A stretch of DNA of 64,000 nt from Catajapyx aquilonaris (GCA_000934665.2 KZ538251.1:1-64000); one strand, 5' to 3'; shown: positions 40,001-53,600, counted from the stretch's first letter. Notes: a model not told the origin generated them from the letters alone. Made by a program: numbers and translations.

Positions 40001-42061
40001 AGGGTACGAGGACCGGTGGGGGGATGCTGCAAGGGTAGGGGGGGGGGGGGTGTAATTTCCAGAAGTGTTTGCACTATCATCCCTTTGATCTCGGCAGGGG
40101 GGGGATAGAGGTTTCAAATTAAGCCTGGCAGATGTGCCCCAATGAACGTGTCGTTACTTGACAAAGTTGATTGTCAGGGTCTTGTCTATCTTTTTAATCC
40201 TCCCTGCTCGCTAGATATATAGCATATATATTTAGTAAAATAAAAGAAGAGGGATATTGCATGGTGTGACATCCCTGCATCCTATAGATGTCGTTAGTTT
40301 TGAGTAGGCAGATTTGTCAAGAGATGGCGGGATGCGGGAGGTGTGGGGAGGTAGTCAGTCGTGAGACAGTCGGCTAGTCTACGAGTCGATGACCTACTAC
40401 GGAAGTCAACTCTCACAATGATCAGTTTTGCAATGTGTTAATGCAGATTAGGACGTAATTTATACAAATTTGAAGCAGATTATCGTGCTTTTCGCGCATA
40501 AAGCCAAAAAGTAATCATAATTTTACGAACCCTATTCAGATTTTAAAATCGCCCTTGTTTAAAGCCGTAAGCCATTAGTTATTACCCAACTAAAACCAAG
40601 GCGGACGACCACTATTAGAAAATGGAACTGGATTTTCAATGAATACTACTTTTTGTACAAAAAAAAATCCAGAGCCGTTCCAACAATTTCGGGAAGTCCC
40701 CTTAAAAAAAGAGTGAACAGGCTGCAATATTTTAACCAGTTGAACCGAGTTGCAATAAGCTGGACATTTTTTCGGGGGGAATTAAAAGTAGCGAACAGTT
40801 TTGATTCGATTATTCAACCGCGGGCAGCAAACTTGTAGTTTCCAGGCATAACTCCCCGCTTGAAACATTTGGGTTGACACTAAAAACGTACATTAGGACT
40901 ATACACAATGCTTCTCTCCAGCAAACCGTTTGTTTTCTCATTTCGACCCCCCCCCCCCCCCCTCCAATGTCGAGTCCCCTTAATTGGATCTGTTGGCTAT
41001 GAAGTTATCATATGACGGCAGAAAAGGGTGGGGTGGGGGGCATGGCTAAGCACATTTCACGTGCGAAAATTCGTTATAATAATTCCGAATAAAATATAAC
41101 CCGGTAGAGGGCAGGGTAAGGGGTGTTATTTCCCACCGGCTTTAAATGCTCCCTGGAATAAATCTAGGAAATTGTGTAGGCTTTACTCGGTCGGTGGGTG
41201 GGGAAGCGTGCAAACCATTTCGGAGGGAAAATGCGCAATCTATTTAGGATGCAAATTTTCCTAAACCTCCCCCTCCCCCCTCCCACTAGTCCCTCCCCCT
41301 CCCATACTATGCACGCTTGTTGCCATGTATTTTCTGTTTTCCAAGGCGTGGCCGCGCAAAATCTGTACCTCTTCTGAATGAATATAGCTCTTTTCTGAAT
41401 TCATATTCCGAATTCTATTTCTCGCTCTTTGACTTTACAGGAAGTCGAAAATTGCATTTTTTAAAAAGAAATTTAATTGTTAAATTTTTTTGCGGTATGG
41501 AAACGGACGTGTAGAGGTTTTTTTGGCCCCTTATTTGTGTGTGAATATGTTCGTGACATTTCGTGGCCAGTTTATCGTAGCATGACGGCGTGCTTGGCAG
41601 CAGCCGTCGCAGACGACCGGAAGAGACACGTCTTGCGAACATTGTTGCCACACATTTGCGCGCACCTGCCACAACACTCGGCTGCAGTAGAACTTGGCGA
41701 TGCAAGTCTCAAGTTGACCCACTTTATTGTTCCTCAAGTCGAAATATATGAAGTTGTCATTCTTGCTATTAAGCGACTAGAATATTGTGAGTGGCTAATA
41801 TCGCTTTTCAGGATGAGATGCTTATTCAGCGTAATTTTTATCAATTTTTCAACGATTTGAATCATTTGTAACTAAGCCTGTAAAATGTCGACAGTCTGTT
41901 TTTTGAGGTTATTGATTGTGTACCATGCAGTTTGCATGTAATTTGCAATAATTAATTTGCCACGTGTAATTTTTATTGCTTCATTACGTGGGATTCATTT
42001 TCCGCTCTCTCGAGTTTTTAATATTGTGCGGTCAGTTTTAAGCAATTAATTTGGGCCGATG

Positions 42062-42062
<1 letters not shown>

Positions 42063-42107
<45 letters not shown>

Positions 42108-42128
42108 GATAATGATGATGATGATGAT
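42063..42128. repeat. Compound (ATA)n/(ATG)n microsatellite, probably the 3' tail of the adjacent minus-strand SINE
   Basis: ataata... 42063-42106, then atgatg... to 42128. Confidence 0.93.
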
Positions 42129-42342
42129 ACTTTTCAACACCAGACTTTATCAATTGCCCGAGTTGTGACATTTTTTGAAAGTTGGAGGAAATTGGAGAAG
42201 CCCGAGAAAATCCACTCATGCAGGGAGAGAACCTATCAACCTTTTTTTCACAAGTGAAATAATCTTACCTTTTCAATCCGGGGATCGAATGTGGGACCTC
42301 GCAGGTAGATTGTCGCGGCCATAACCACTACGCCATGACAGA
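42063..42342 (-). mobile_element. tRNA-derived SINE with V-domain-like core and simple-repeat tail
   Basis: Minus strand: A box TGGCGTAGTGG (42325-42335), decayed B box ATTCGATCCCC (about 42280-42290), core GTTCTCTCCCTGCATGAGTGGATTTTCTCGGGCTTCTCCAATTTCCTCCAAC, tail (ATC)n(ATT)n. Confidence 0.7.
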
Positions 42343-42411
42343 TCCTGTTTTGACCAGTAAAATGGAATATTGTCCTAGTAGTCAACAAAACTTTTGATGT
42401 GAACTCTTCAG

Positions 42412-42413
<2 letters not shown>

Positions 42414-42467
<54 letters not shown>
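42414..42467. repeat. (ATA)n microsatellite, about 18 units
   Basis: Directly visible perfect run. Confidence 0.96.
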
Positions 42468-43834
42468 GAGCATACCCCACCCCTACAAACAATGTTCAAC
42501 TTCGGGGGGGGGGGGGNAACTCTCCAACAGCCGCCCTAAACTCTTCACAGATATTGCATTAGTGCATTCGTTCATTAAGTTTCTGTCACAAAAAATAGTC
42601 TGCCCTACATGTGAAATAGTGCAATGGAAGCCCAGAAAAACTAGCATACATAGACCACTCTCTGAACTTCACGGTAAACGTCACAATTTTTGTCCCAGAC
42701 TCCGCTTGTTATATAACTTAAAGCCCAAACAGGAAAGCGTTATCGCCCCCCGAATTTTTTTTTATGCAGCCCTCTTTTGTACGCTTCTCACAAACGCGAG
42801 AAAAAATTCCTCTCCCTGCCCCTATCCCCCTGCGAAATAAAAGATACGGATATGCACCTACTTGACATATTACCCAGGCGCGAAATTAACAACTACCGGA
42901 CTCTTTTCCTCCGGCGTGCACATTAATCTCTCTGGAGATACAATGAGTATTGTGAAATGAAGGTGCGGAGCTTTGTTTCTCCAAGGGGGTGGCAGGAAGG
43001 CGCGAGATTCCCGAAAAAAAAATATGAAGAAATGTAATTGCTAATTTTCGCTCCGGTTTTCTACAGGGTGAGGGAGCCACGCTTTTGGTGTAAGAAAAGT
43101 TAATTTGTTAGCTGTCGTCCGCTCCCGGTTTTTTATCGGCAACTGGGCCCAGGTTGTGCGCGCTTCTAATCTGCACAAATGCCGGGGAAATTAATTTTCC
43201 ATCTTGTATGCTGTTACATCCGCGCCTTAATTGTCCCCTCTAATAAATAGTGGGGTTTTGCTTTAATTCCGTGGTGGCAAGCGGTTCTACAAGGTATCCG
43301 TGTGTGGGTTGGGTTTATTATGTCGACTCTAGGTCTAAAATGTGGAAGAATCTGAAGTTGGGTTTGCAAACTGCCGTGGGGTAATGGTTTATGTTAACGT
43401 ATTTATATTCTGTACTTGGGGATAATTTTTTTTGTGTGGAGAACCGCATCAACCAAGGGTAGTTTGCATATCACAATTGCGAGCAGAATCCTGCCGTCTT
43501 GCTCGTCCCTCCAAGCTTGAATAAATATTTTCAACCTGTGGTTTAACTTGGGAGTATAACTCGGTCGGTACGGTCATGCTATAAATATTTGCAGTGTACA
43601 CACTCACTAATTACTGCGGGATGTAACATTGACTTTGTCAGTGTGATATTGTTCATTTTCCGCCACTCAATTTTACGGTCGTAAAATAATTTAACATCGT
43701 GCTTTTCGCACCTTTTGATACTACTTATTTAGTGATATTGAATGAAATTGAGCACTTAAATCATTGAAATTAGTGTTATCGGTGCGTGATATCGATAGCC
43801 GTTCCAAGTTGCTTATTACTATACGCCCTTAAGG

Positions 43835-44413
43835 AAGTGGTTCTTAACCTTTTCGGGCCTCCGCTGGCCTCCTTTGAAGACAGTTGGTCCTTGTCGCCCT
43901 CCCCCCCCCCCTATATACCAGGGGTGATTGATTAAGTGCGTAGTTAGAGGTGCACCTCGCTCGCCAGATCGCGGAATTGAAGTTATGGTACCAACCCACG
44001 AAAATCATGGTACTATATAGTGGAAAATCGCGTATTTAATGACAAGTAAATTCAATAGGAAATAAATACCCCTCAATGAAATGGTAGAACATGTCGCAAA
44101 AAGCGGGGAGCAATCCCGCCGCAGGGGAAATTGGGGGGGGGGGAAGGGGGGTGGGTTCAAGGTCACACATTTGTGGTGAATGTAACTGACTGGGAGATTT
44201 GAATGGGTGTGTCGGGGAGTGTATTTGATGAAATTGGTAGCACTTTTTTCGTGGAAGTGGAATTACAGAGTAACATTGGACTTGACGAAATTATGGTATT
44301 TTTTGTGCCGGTATATCAAAATATCATTAATGGTATGAATACCATAGGTACATCTGGCACCCCTGCTCGCACCCTCAGGGGAGCCACCTCGCACCCCAGG
44401 TTAAGAACCGCTG
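43835..44413. mobile_element. hAT (Charlie-like) non-autonomous element, 579 bp
   Basis: TIRs AAGTGGTTCTTAACCT / AGGTTAAGAACCGCTG (CAGYGGTTCTTAACC type); flanking 8-mers CCTTAAGG (43827-43834) and CCTTCAGG (44414-44421) match 7/8, the TSD length expected for hAT. Confidence 0.82.
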
Positions 44414-47400
44414 CCTTCAGGAGTATGATATATTATAGCATTCATGAGCCACTTCAGTTGTATCAACCCTCATAGTGTTTAAAAGTGGAAGGATATTAAC
44501 AATTCGAGCCAATTCTAACAGCTAATATTTCTGCTAGCCGTCTAAAAGTATCTGTGGGATAATGCTCGGGTCTAAAATTGGGCTAACTACTACTGACAGT
44601 TCAGCTGGGAACCCTTTGTTACGTGGTAAAATGGTGTGCTGTACTGTACGAGTAGGCTACTAATAAGGTGAAGCGAATGAATATTTAAAACGAGATCGTT
44701 AATTCAGGTGGGTCCATGCCCATTAAAAATGAAATGGCCTGCATTATATTATATAATATTTCAATCATCAGTCTCTCTCCAGTTCGTTCCAGCACGTTTC
44801 CTCTACTGACCTAATTCGCTTTCATTAACCAGTTAGCAAAACACCCGGAAATTAATATGGGAGTAATTGGATGATAACAGTCATGTGAAGTTATACCTCG
44901 CTGTATGGCAGGAGTTTCACATTGCAGACGCTCCATGCTGGTTTCAAATGTTGCATTTGGACTAGACACTAGAGAATAAAACTAGGTTTATGATGGGACA
45001 ATTTTTTTAAAAAAAGTGTCCTCGCGAAATCAAAATAATTATCGGAATGGTGTTGTCGGTGGAGACACTAGACCTCCTGGATGAATTAGGGCTATTGTCA
45101 TTTTGATCTGTTGGTATCAATAGTCGCAACGGGCATTTGGAAGGATTAAAGATTCCCAGATTTTTTCCCTCCCCCCCCCTCACCGCCCACCAATGCAGAT
45201 GAAATATTAATTTTTTAGGACGATTACGCAGCGTAATTGTATAATCCCGGGTTCACGTTGCTGTGGGAATGCGATGCCACAGCCACCAGAGGGAATTATG
45301 CGGTCCAAGCGCATTTTCACCTAATGATGCTAAATTATTTTGAATTTTAAATATCTCTCCCAGGTGGAAATATCCACTAATTTGGCACTCTTTTTCTCGG
45401 TTGGTATATAATATCGAAGACACGTATGCTGCAGGGGGGCCAAGCTCCATAATTCGCCGAATTATTTGGTGCAATACTGTATCGGATTCCCATTTGCATC
45501 ATTTGAAATCTGAAAAAAGGACCCACTTCTTTATACTGTGCCACTAGTGAATTGGTGAAATATGAGTCGACGGTTGCAAAAATTTTGCAAATATATTGCA
45601 AGGTGCTAACAAAGCATTTCAAAAACTGTTCATCCTCAGCGATTTTATTTCCTATATAAGATGGATGTAAACTCTTGTATTCATCAGGTCTTCAGTTACA
45701 GATATATACCGAGGGGTGAAAGATAAACCGTTCGCACATTTTCATGAAACAAATAATCAATAATGATGACGAACACAGGCATGCAAAACTGCGTATATGA
45801 ATAATACACTCGTTTAGATTAATGTCATTACCAAAATCAGTCCTTACCAAACCGACACATGGATATTAATTGACGATTAAAAATTCCCCCTCATTATAAA
45901 GCGTGGGAGAGTTTATCGTGAGCCTCATAGCAAAACACTATCCAGGATTTTTCTTTCCTCCAACTCACTCCACCTAATCGTTTCATTGCTTCCCCGCAGT
46001 TCCGGAACAAAAAAAACAATCCGGAAACTACTCTCTCGTTCCTTCTCTTTCCGGAGCTGAACTTGAAGACATCCGATGGCCGCTTGTAATAGCCTTTTAT
46101 GCGTCTCTACAAGAATGGCTATTCTCCATCGGATATTTTTTTCTTATAATGCACTTTTTTTTACCCCCCTTCTCGTGGTTATGTAGCGAGTACTTGAACG
46201 AAAGAAAGAAAGAAAGAAAAAATTCCTTCACCCTGTTACGATCCCCCCTTCCCCCAATGAAGTTTTCTCTAGCAAGTGGCAGTCGAGACGAGGCTTCTGG
46301 TATATAAAGTACAGCAATAGTTGCCGGCCCCGGTCCTTGCAATTCGATTTCAATAACGATGAAATTAGATTGGCGTGGTCGCCTTTGATCCCTACTTTTC
46401 TCCTTGATTGCCCCATCCAAGTAGAAGGAAGGGGGAACTAGGGGGGTGGAAGGGCAGGGCAAAAGCAGCGGCTAGACATGGCCAAAATGGCGGATGTGGC
46501 AAGGCTAAAAGGGCCTTTGTCTTTCTTGGATGACGTCAGAATGGACCATCTCGAAGGGCTTGTGTGAAAAGGGGCGGGGGCTGATGGAGAAACGGCAATT
46601 GTGTGATAGCCCGAAGGGATTTTGCTCCTATCTTCGATTAGTGGCTCCTAAGTGCATTTTGAACATGTAATAAGCTCCTACTGTTAGCCCGGTCGGGGGA
46701 ATAATAAACGGCTAAATCCTCTTACAATTACCTGGAATGAAAGGCAATCTTGGCTGGAGGAATGCAGTGCTGTACAGTGACCTGTGCTATGCGGAAGTGG
46801 TGTCAAATCATTCTTGTATTTTCATTGGCTGGCTGAAGCTGTGTTCAGAATACTATTGGACTTGATGGAATGCTGACCATTGTTATGGTTTGTCAAGGGA
46901 GAAATGTGCTGCCATTGCGAATTACGCAACTGTAAAGGTAGGAATTTATTATCACGGCGCCTGTCAGCTGTCAGTTATACAGGAATAGTTTCTTGGATAG
47001 CAATTCTGTATTCATTTTCTCCCTCGGATTGTAATTACGAAAGTTAATACGTGCCAACGTAACATGGAAACAGTTATTTATACTCCCACATAATCCGGAT
47101 TTGGCATCGGAAAATTGGTCATACCAGCATACCAATATCAATAGGCCTTGTGCTGGAGTTATGCGGGAGTACTGTATATGACAATTAAAGCTATACCCAC
47201 ATAAATATTGTTCCATTTAACTGAAGTTGTGCATGAACATAGTCATAGGAATACAACATAATAGACCAAACGTCGCTGAAGACAATGTGAAGAATCTTAC
47301 ACTATTCTACCAACATTGCGAGCATGATGATGACTCCCGCCATTCCAAATCATATGGTATCCTTGTTTCTGGTCCCCCTCCCCCCTGCAAAAGCACAAAC

Positions 47401-49639
47401 ACATGAAAATTGCTCATCAGCAACCAATTTGGTGGCAACCGAGGGAAAAAGGGCCGGTGGCATAAAAAGCCCTGCGGAAGGGTTAATTTAGTCCATTAAG
47501 GTGGCGGTTTCGGTGGAGTTGCTTTACCAATGGAGCAACCAAATGCACTTGCCGCTCCAATGGCACAATTCACGCTTGCATCGATCATTGTGAAAACAGT
47601 GAATGGAGAAGGAGGGGAAGGGGGAGACGGACATGCATCATACCACGTCCCTTCAACCCCTGGATTAGGATTCCTCACATATCCACGCCCTCTATCGGGA
47701 ATGTCGATATATGGTGTCCTAGAGCAAGGATCGAATATTTGTGTCAAATTGAAGGTATTCCGTAGGAAGTCTGTAGGAAAAGGAACAACAGGTGTGAGTT
47801 TGATGAATTTTTATGTCGATCAGGAACTACGATTTTAGATGATATGCTGCCCCCTCAGCGCCGCCAGTGACGGCTAGCGGAAACTGTCCTGTTCAGATAT
47901 TGTGCTGACAAATGCTGGGAGTGGATTTCAGTAGGCTATAAGGGGATGATTAATACGCATAGTTTAAATATTAGTTTGTTCACGCCCTAAAGTCATAGAC
48001 TATTATTTTGTGTGATTTGTCACGCTCTCGACTTGAAACGGGCACAATAATTTTCCATGAAATTTAATTATTCTAGACTACTAACGTAAAAGTGGAGTAA
48101 CTTTTTTAGTATTAATTTAATTCAATTTGGCGTAATTTTATAGAATTTTTATTTACTCAATAGGAGTACTGAGTGCTGTTTCAACTCAGGTTCCTCCTAC
48201 AATATGCAGAAAAAGGCTCCAAATAATTGAGAGCAGCCACATTGTCCACCCCAGTATGGAATAAGGCGACTCTTTGTTCCAAAATCCGTTAATGGTAATA
48301 CTCCCACCGTATTTTTCCAACGCCTGTTCTTTTTTAACTTGCAAAATCAATGGGTAAAATTCATTAGATGTTGGGGGTAGGATGAGAGAGAGGGGGGGGG
48401 GGTAGTGGGTATTTGTTTTGGCAAGGTGACAAGAGCAGCCAATAAAAAGTGCAAATATGGTAATCAAGTTGGGTAGTGAGTTCCTTTGGAGGGAAAATGT
48501 GTGCAATGCAGATAGTGATAATCCGGTAAACAATTCCCGCGTCTTTGTCGAGCGAGGTGCTGACAGTCCGCATGATGAAATTCAATCCCAAAACGTGTAG
48601 GCAATGCAGGCCTGGCCCCAAAAGAGAGGGACCCGGTGCAGACTCATTTTCAAAACTATATAGCGAAATCATAATCCGATTATTGGTGTTTGCATATAAT
48701 TATATAGATACGAGTTAGTTAGGCAATTGTGGCGGGGGTGGAAAGAGTGAGAGGGGAGGGGGGGGGAATGCATAATTGTTATGTGCGGTATGGAGCAGGG
48801 AATAGTTTCCACATGGGACTGCTTTCAAAACAGCCGACCTCCCATATTCCGGTGACGAGAATTTAACGTTCAATCCCTCCGGATGGATTTAAGCCCATTA
48901 ACGCAGGTAACAAAGCAAAAGTACATTACGCCGCTCTGCCCTGTGTCCAAATCGCATTAGCGACAGAACTTATTCCGCGGGAAAGAAGAGCCTGCCTTTC
49001 CAATTACTACGCCAACCATTCAATTATTATTTGCATTTTATAGTAACCGCAACAATGTGGGGCTTTACAACAAGAAAAATTTGTCAAAAAAATAATAATT
49101 AGCAACAGCACACTTCCTTCCAACAAAAAAAATCGTTCCCTCAAGGATTTACACCAAGGAAGTGCAATCTCATAACACCGAACACAAGCCCTCCCCAGTA
49201 TATTCCCCTATAAGGTTTCCGAGAGGCTCTTTTCCATGGTCAGCCTTCGTACTCAGCCGCGGTCCTCCAGCCTCATTTTCTTGATCGCATCGTGCAACTT
49301 CGCATTCTGGACTCAACTACCGTGCCTGCTTCACCAAATGGAATTGTCTTCCTCGTGATGTTGCTTCCCAGCAACCTCTCCCTCTCCTCCCCCTTTTCCT
49401 AAGGAGAATTTGCTTGCCTTCTGAATTTTGTTTCCAAACCCACTGCAGTGCAACCTCGGAAACATGTCGCAGGAGCCTATACTCAATTTGTAATTACGGG
49501 GCCCCAAGCACAATGCGATGTGTTAGAACTGCAACGGAATGAATAAGATGCTACAGGTAGTGTAGAAACTTTGTGACAATTAGAGTTACATACATTCTTT
49601 AGCTCATTTTGCTTGTTTGCAATGTGTATATAGCACATA

Positions 49640-50185
49640 CTGTACAATGTGTTCCGATTGAATTTTTTGCACTATTTTTATTTGACTTTTTTAAGGTTAT
49701 CAAAAATATTTGCTCCCAATATTAGGTATAATGGGTGCATCTATTAGTGCCGTACATAGTGTCTGTAGTGGTTAGCCGGTTCTTGCACTAAGCTGCTTAT
49801 TTTTAGCCAGTTTTGAATCGTTATTTTAGTGGTTATCAAACGTATTTGCTGATGATATTAGGTTGCGTGGGCCCTTAAAGCCTGCAGGGGGTGTTTCCCA
49901 GCAATATTTTGTCGTGATGTTTTATGCTAATTTATCCAATAAATTATATCCAATCGGAAATTCACAGGAATTCGATAGATGATTCTATTCAGCCTGTTGT
50001 TAGCAGATCCATTTCTTTTACCAAAGTAACTGCTTAAAACAAGCAGTTTAGTGCCTAATATGTCGGGTAGTTTTATTTCAGAAAGGCTATTTGTAGCAGC
50101 TAACAAATACATTAGCGGATTAGCTGATAATGTTAGGTGCAATGGGTGCATATGCGACCAATCAATTAGCACCAGCCTGGTGCAT
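49640..50185. mobile_element. Old composite repeat with internal direct and inverted repeats, abutting the long-TIR MITE
   Basis: Related units GGTTATCAAA..TATTTGCT....ATATTAGGT at 49695 and 49831, with a partial third at 50119-50151; GCACTAAGCTGCTT motif at 49785 (+) and 50029-50054 (-). Confidence 0.5.
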
Positions 50186-50188
50186 ATA

Positions 50189-50652
50189 CAGGGTGTTCCT
50201 GTTCGTGAACCGACCAGTCAGACCTGTACCCATGGCTCCATTGACACCAGAGGATCATGTTATGTAGAGGAGTCATTATGTCTGGGCAGCGTCATATTAC
50301 TGAGATAATTGATCATTTGCGATTTAGCGATTGGGCCTAAGAGTGATTGTCACAGATTGTCACAGATTGTCACAGATCACATGCGACATGCAGTACACAT
50401 GCGACATGCAGTACACATGCGACATTCTAGTAGCCAAATGGAAAAGCTGCTATTTTCACCCGTGATACGATTTCGGGGCTGAAGTGTTCCATACCTCCCA
50501 GGATACTTCGTACCAATTTGTACTTGTACTTTGAAGGCAATTATCTCAGTAATGAGGATGCCCAGACATAATGACTCCTCTACAGAACATGATCCTCTGG
50601 TGTCAATGGAGCCACGGGTACAGGTCTGACTGATCGGTTCACGAACACCCAG
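50189..50652. mobile_element. Tc1/mariner-type MITE with long (about 115-123 bp) TIRs, TA target-site duplication
   Basis: 50189-50311 is the near-exact reverse complement of 50538-50652 (e.g. GGCTCCATTGACACCAGAGGATCATGTT / AACATGATCCTCTGGTGTCAATGGAGCC); ends TA|CAGGGTGTTC and GAACACCCAG|TA. Confidence 0.92.
50345..50425. repeat. Two abutting minisatellites inside the MITE: GATTGTCACA x3.3 and CACATGCGACATGCAGTA x2.7
   Basis: Perfect copies at 50345-50377 and 50378-50425. Confidence 0.93.
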
Positions 50653-53600
50653 TATGCACTTACATACCAGCATATACTGCAACTGCCACCCACATATGTG
50701 GGGCAATTGCTTGATTTGATTGTATGATATATCCCCCCCCCCCCTCTCTCTCTGTTTATGTCTTATGGTTTAACCTCTCTGCCAGCGCTCCTATAGTCAC
50801 GTTTGTAATATCTAGTCAGCTGTGACAATTTTACCTCGTCAAATTATAATGGGATTGGAGTCGGATTTTTTTGCTGAGACTGTTGTAGTGGTTGTAGCCG
50901 TATTGACAAAAGTGCAAGAGCCCGAATCACGATGATATTAAACCTAAAACTAGCATGAAATACTGTATTTACTATAACCGCTAGTAGTAACTACTTGAAA
51001 TTAAGCAGCTTCGTACCAAAAGTGACTAACCATTACGTATGCCTATATTAAAATCTGGGTAATGTAATCGCCTTGACATGTTCCAAATCCGTACAAAGCA
51101 CAAGTCTAAATAAGAAGTTAACAAGCCAAGTTTTTCACAAGTTCCGCATGCAGCAGTTAAGCACCTGAAGGAAAATATCCACCCTGTCGCTCTCTCATTA
51201 CCATTTAATTTCCCACACGCTGCACACGGATTGCGCCGTAATTATTTTTCATATGCACTTTGGTTGAAATTAGGTAGCAGCTATCTCACTCCACTTCTTG
51301 AATTAGCTCAAATATGTGGTACTTATTGCGCAATTAGACAAAGAAAAACGGGGGCATAGTTTTTCCAGCTTAATTAATGGCTGGGGCCTGTTAGTGCTCC
51401 CCGAGTTTTGCAGAGCTGGTGTTTTTAACTGCTGGGGAAGCCCGCCTGGCACAAAATATCGCGCTGGATGACTTCAGTTGTGCGCTGGCATAATTATATG
51501 AGGCGTCCTTGGCAGTTAGAGCATGCGGTACCCTCAAGAACTGCCCATCTGGTCACAAAGAAGAAGCACAAAGAGTGTCCAAAAAAAAAAATTGGACAAT
51601 TTTTCTTCCGGCCAAATTTTCCGGCAGTGCGAATTCAAGCGCCGCAAAAGCCGGGTGTAATTTGAGGGAGGGAACCCCCTCCTGGTATCTTCATTTCCAG
51701 TCACCGGATTTTGCAAGTGGTCCCCATCCTGGGCCACGATCCAAACCAGCATTCCTGCTGTCAGAGTCAGGACCATCCGCACAAATAGGAAACGGTGGGA
51801 TGAAGCGTCTCCGATAGGCAAATCCCCGCAATGCGGACTGTCATGAGGTCTGTAAAATGGACCTCTTTTTTTGCAGGAACAAACTCTGTTAGAAAAATAT
51901 ATATATATATGACAAGGACCCCACCTGTACTGTGGGTTCGTTTCATAAACAATTCAAAGATCAACATTTTCTACCAAGTTAGTGACGTGGGCTTTTGGGA
52001 TAGGTGGCACCTCCCTGAGCCGAATGATGGTGATGCGGCCGTCATAAATCCCCGTAAGCGGAATGGCCTTTGTCACTTCACGACAGCGCTTCCCCGCCAT
52101 AAGATCGGCCACAAAAGGGAGACCCTCATTCCCAATTCCATATATCACGTTCCCCTTTGGAGGATTCCATCCTCCGCCTGACTGCAGACTGTTCCTCCCG
52201 ACGCTCCACCAGGAACAGCCTGATGGCCTTCTTTTATAGACTCCATTGACAAATAAGGTTTGCCTCTCCGTACTTTTTCCGGGGGAGCACGTCTGTCCAA
52301 ACGGCTCCAACTCGCCACATCCTCTGCACACATGTCAACCTTTCTACATATCCGCACTGGTACAGACCACAGGGAGGATATAGCCTTTGGAAATGTATTT
52401 ATGGCATTCGTGGGTTTAGCCAGGGATTCTACTTCATTTTAGACTGTGTAGTTCATCCGTGGATAGAGTGGATGATGATAGTTCTGGACATTTCGTGCTT
52501 ATATACCCACCCTCAAAGCAGAAATAGGTCTGAAAATACTCTTAAATAGTAGAGTACTTCGTAAGCTCTTGGTAAGCGTGTGGTGTAATAAAATCGTAAA
52601 ACAAGAGGTCACCTCGTGTATTTTTTTGTGTGTGTAACTCCGTCGAAAGTAAAGTTTTGAAGTAGTTTCGTGCCTTGACCACGAGGATGTTCTCCAGAAG
52701 TCCTCGAGTCAGACTTGGAAAGCTAGATAGGAAGTAACTTTTTGGTGGGTCCTGCCATGACTTAATCTATCCTTCTTAGGCTCTTCTGGTGGCGTCAAAG
52801 GGCTAGGGACGTCGAAGACTTGTCAAAGCCTTCATTAGCTTTCGTAGTGTGGCAGGAATTCGTTAAGAGCGGGAAGAAGATGTGAATTCAGAATAGGTCC
52901 AAGTCGGTTGATTGCTGGCACGAGAGCACTTCCTTCCCCCCGCCAACCCCCTCCTTTCACCCCCCATTTGACCTGTCTTCCTCTTAAATGGAAAGGGGGC
53001 GCCTCACATAATGGCCAGCAACCTCTTCCCCCAGTCCCCCCCCCCCTTACCAACCCCCCAAGTCAACACTGGTAGAGCATGCAAGAAACGTCTTTCACGA
53101 AACGTCCTTAACAACAACTATAGGCCATACTCGTCCTTAGCGTGTTTCCTAGCAGGCGCCGCGTCATACTTCATGTGTCTAAAAATCTCCCTTAAGCACG
53201 ACATGGCCCAGGGTCTTATCCAAAACTTCATTTATGTTGGTTTAAAAATTTGTAATTTTTAACCAATGTTAAAAACTCCAAACTTCCATCAGGTAAAATG
53301 CTGAACCTCATACCATCAACTATGACACAGCTCCTTCCATATTCACTACACCTAAGCAAAACTTTGACATTAAGCATAAAAACTGCATTACTCTTTTTTT
53401 ACCTCCTCTCTCTCTCTGCTAGTTTAAATCTAGCGCCCAGGCCGAATATAAATCTCTTCCCCAGTGCGAGGGTGCCATATTTCATCATTAGATTAAAAAT
53501 TAACCCAACGCACGAGGTATTTCTTTTCATAACGTTTGTGTCTCCGAGGAGGCTGGCGGGGGGAAAAGCAAAATAAATACGCAACGGAGCCTTTTTTTTC

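Noticed and set aside
42051..42499. Poly-Ile and poly-Asp ORFs
   Set aside because: Translations of (ATA)n/(ATG)n microsatellites
50345..50425. CRISPR-like short repeats
   Set aside because: Head-to-tail tandem units without unique spacers, inside a eukaryotic MITE; no cas genes
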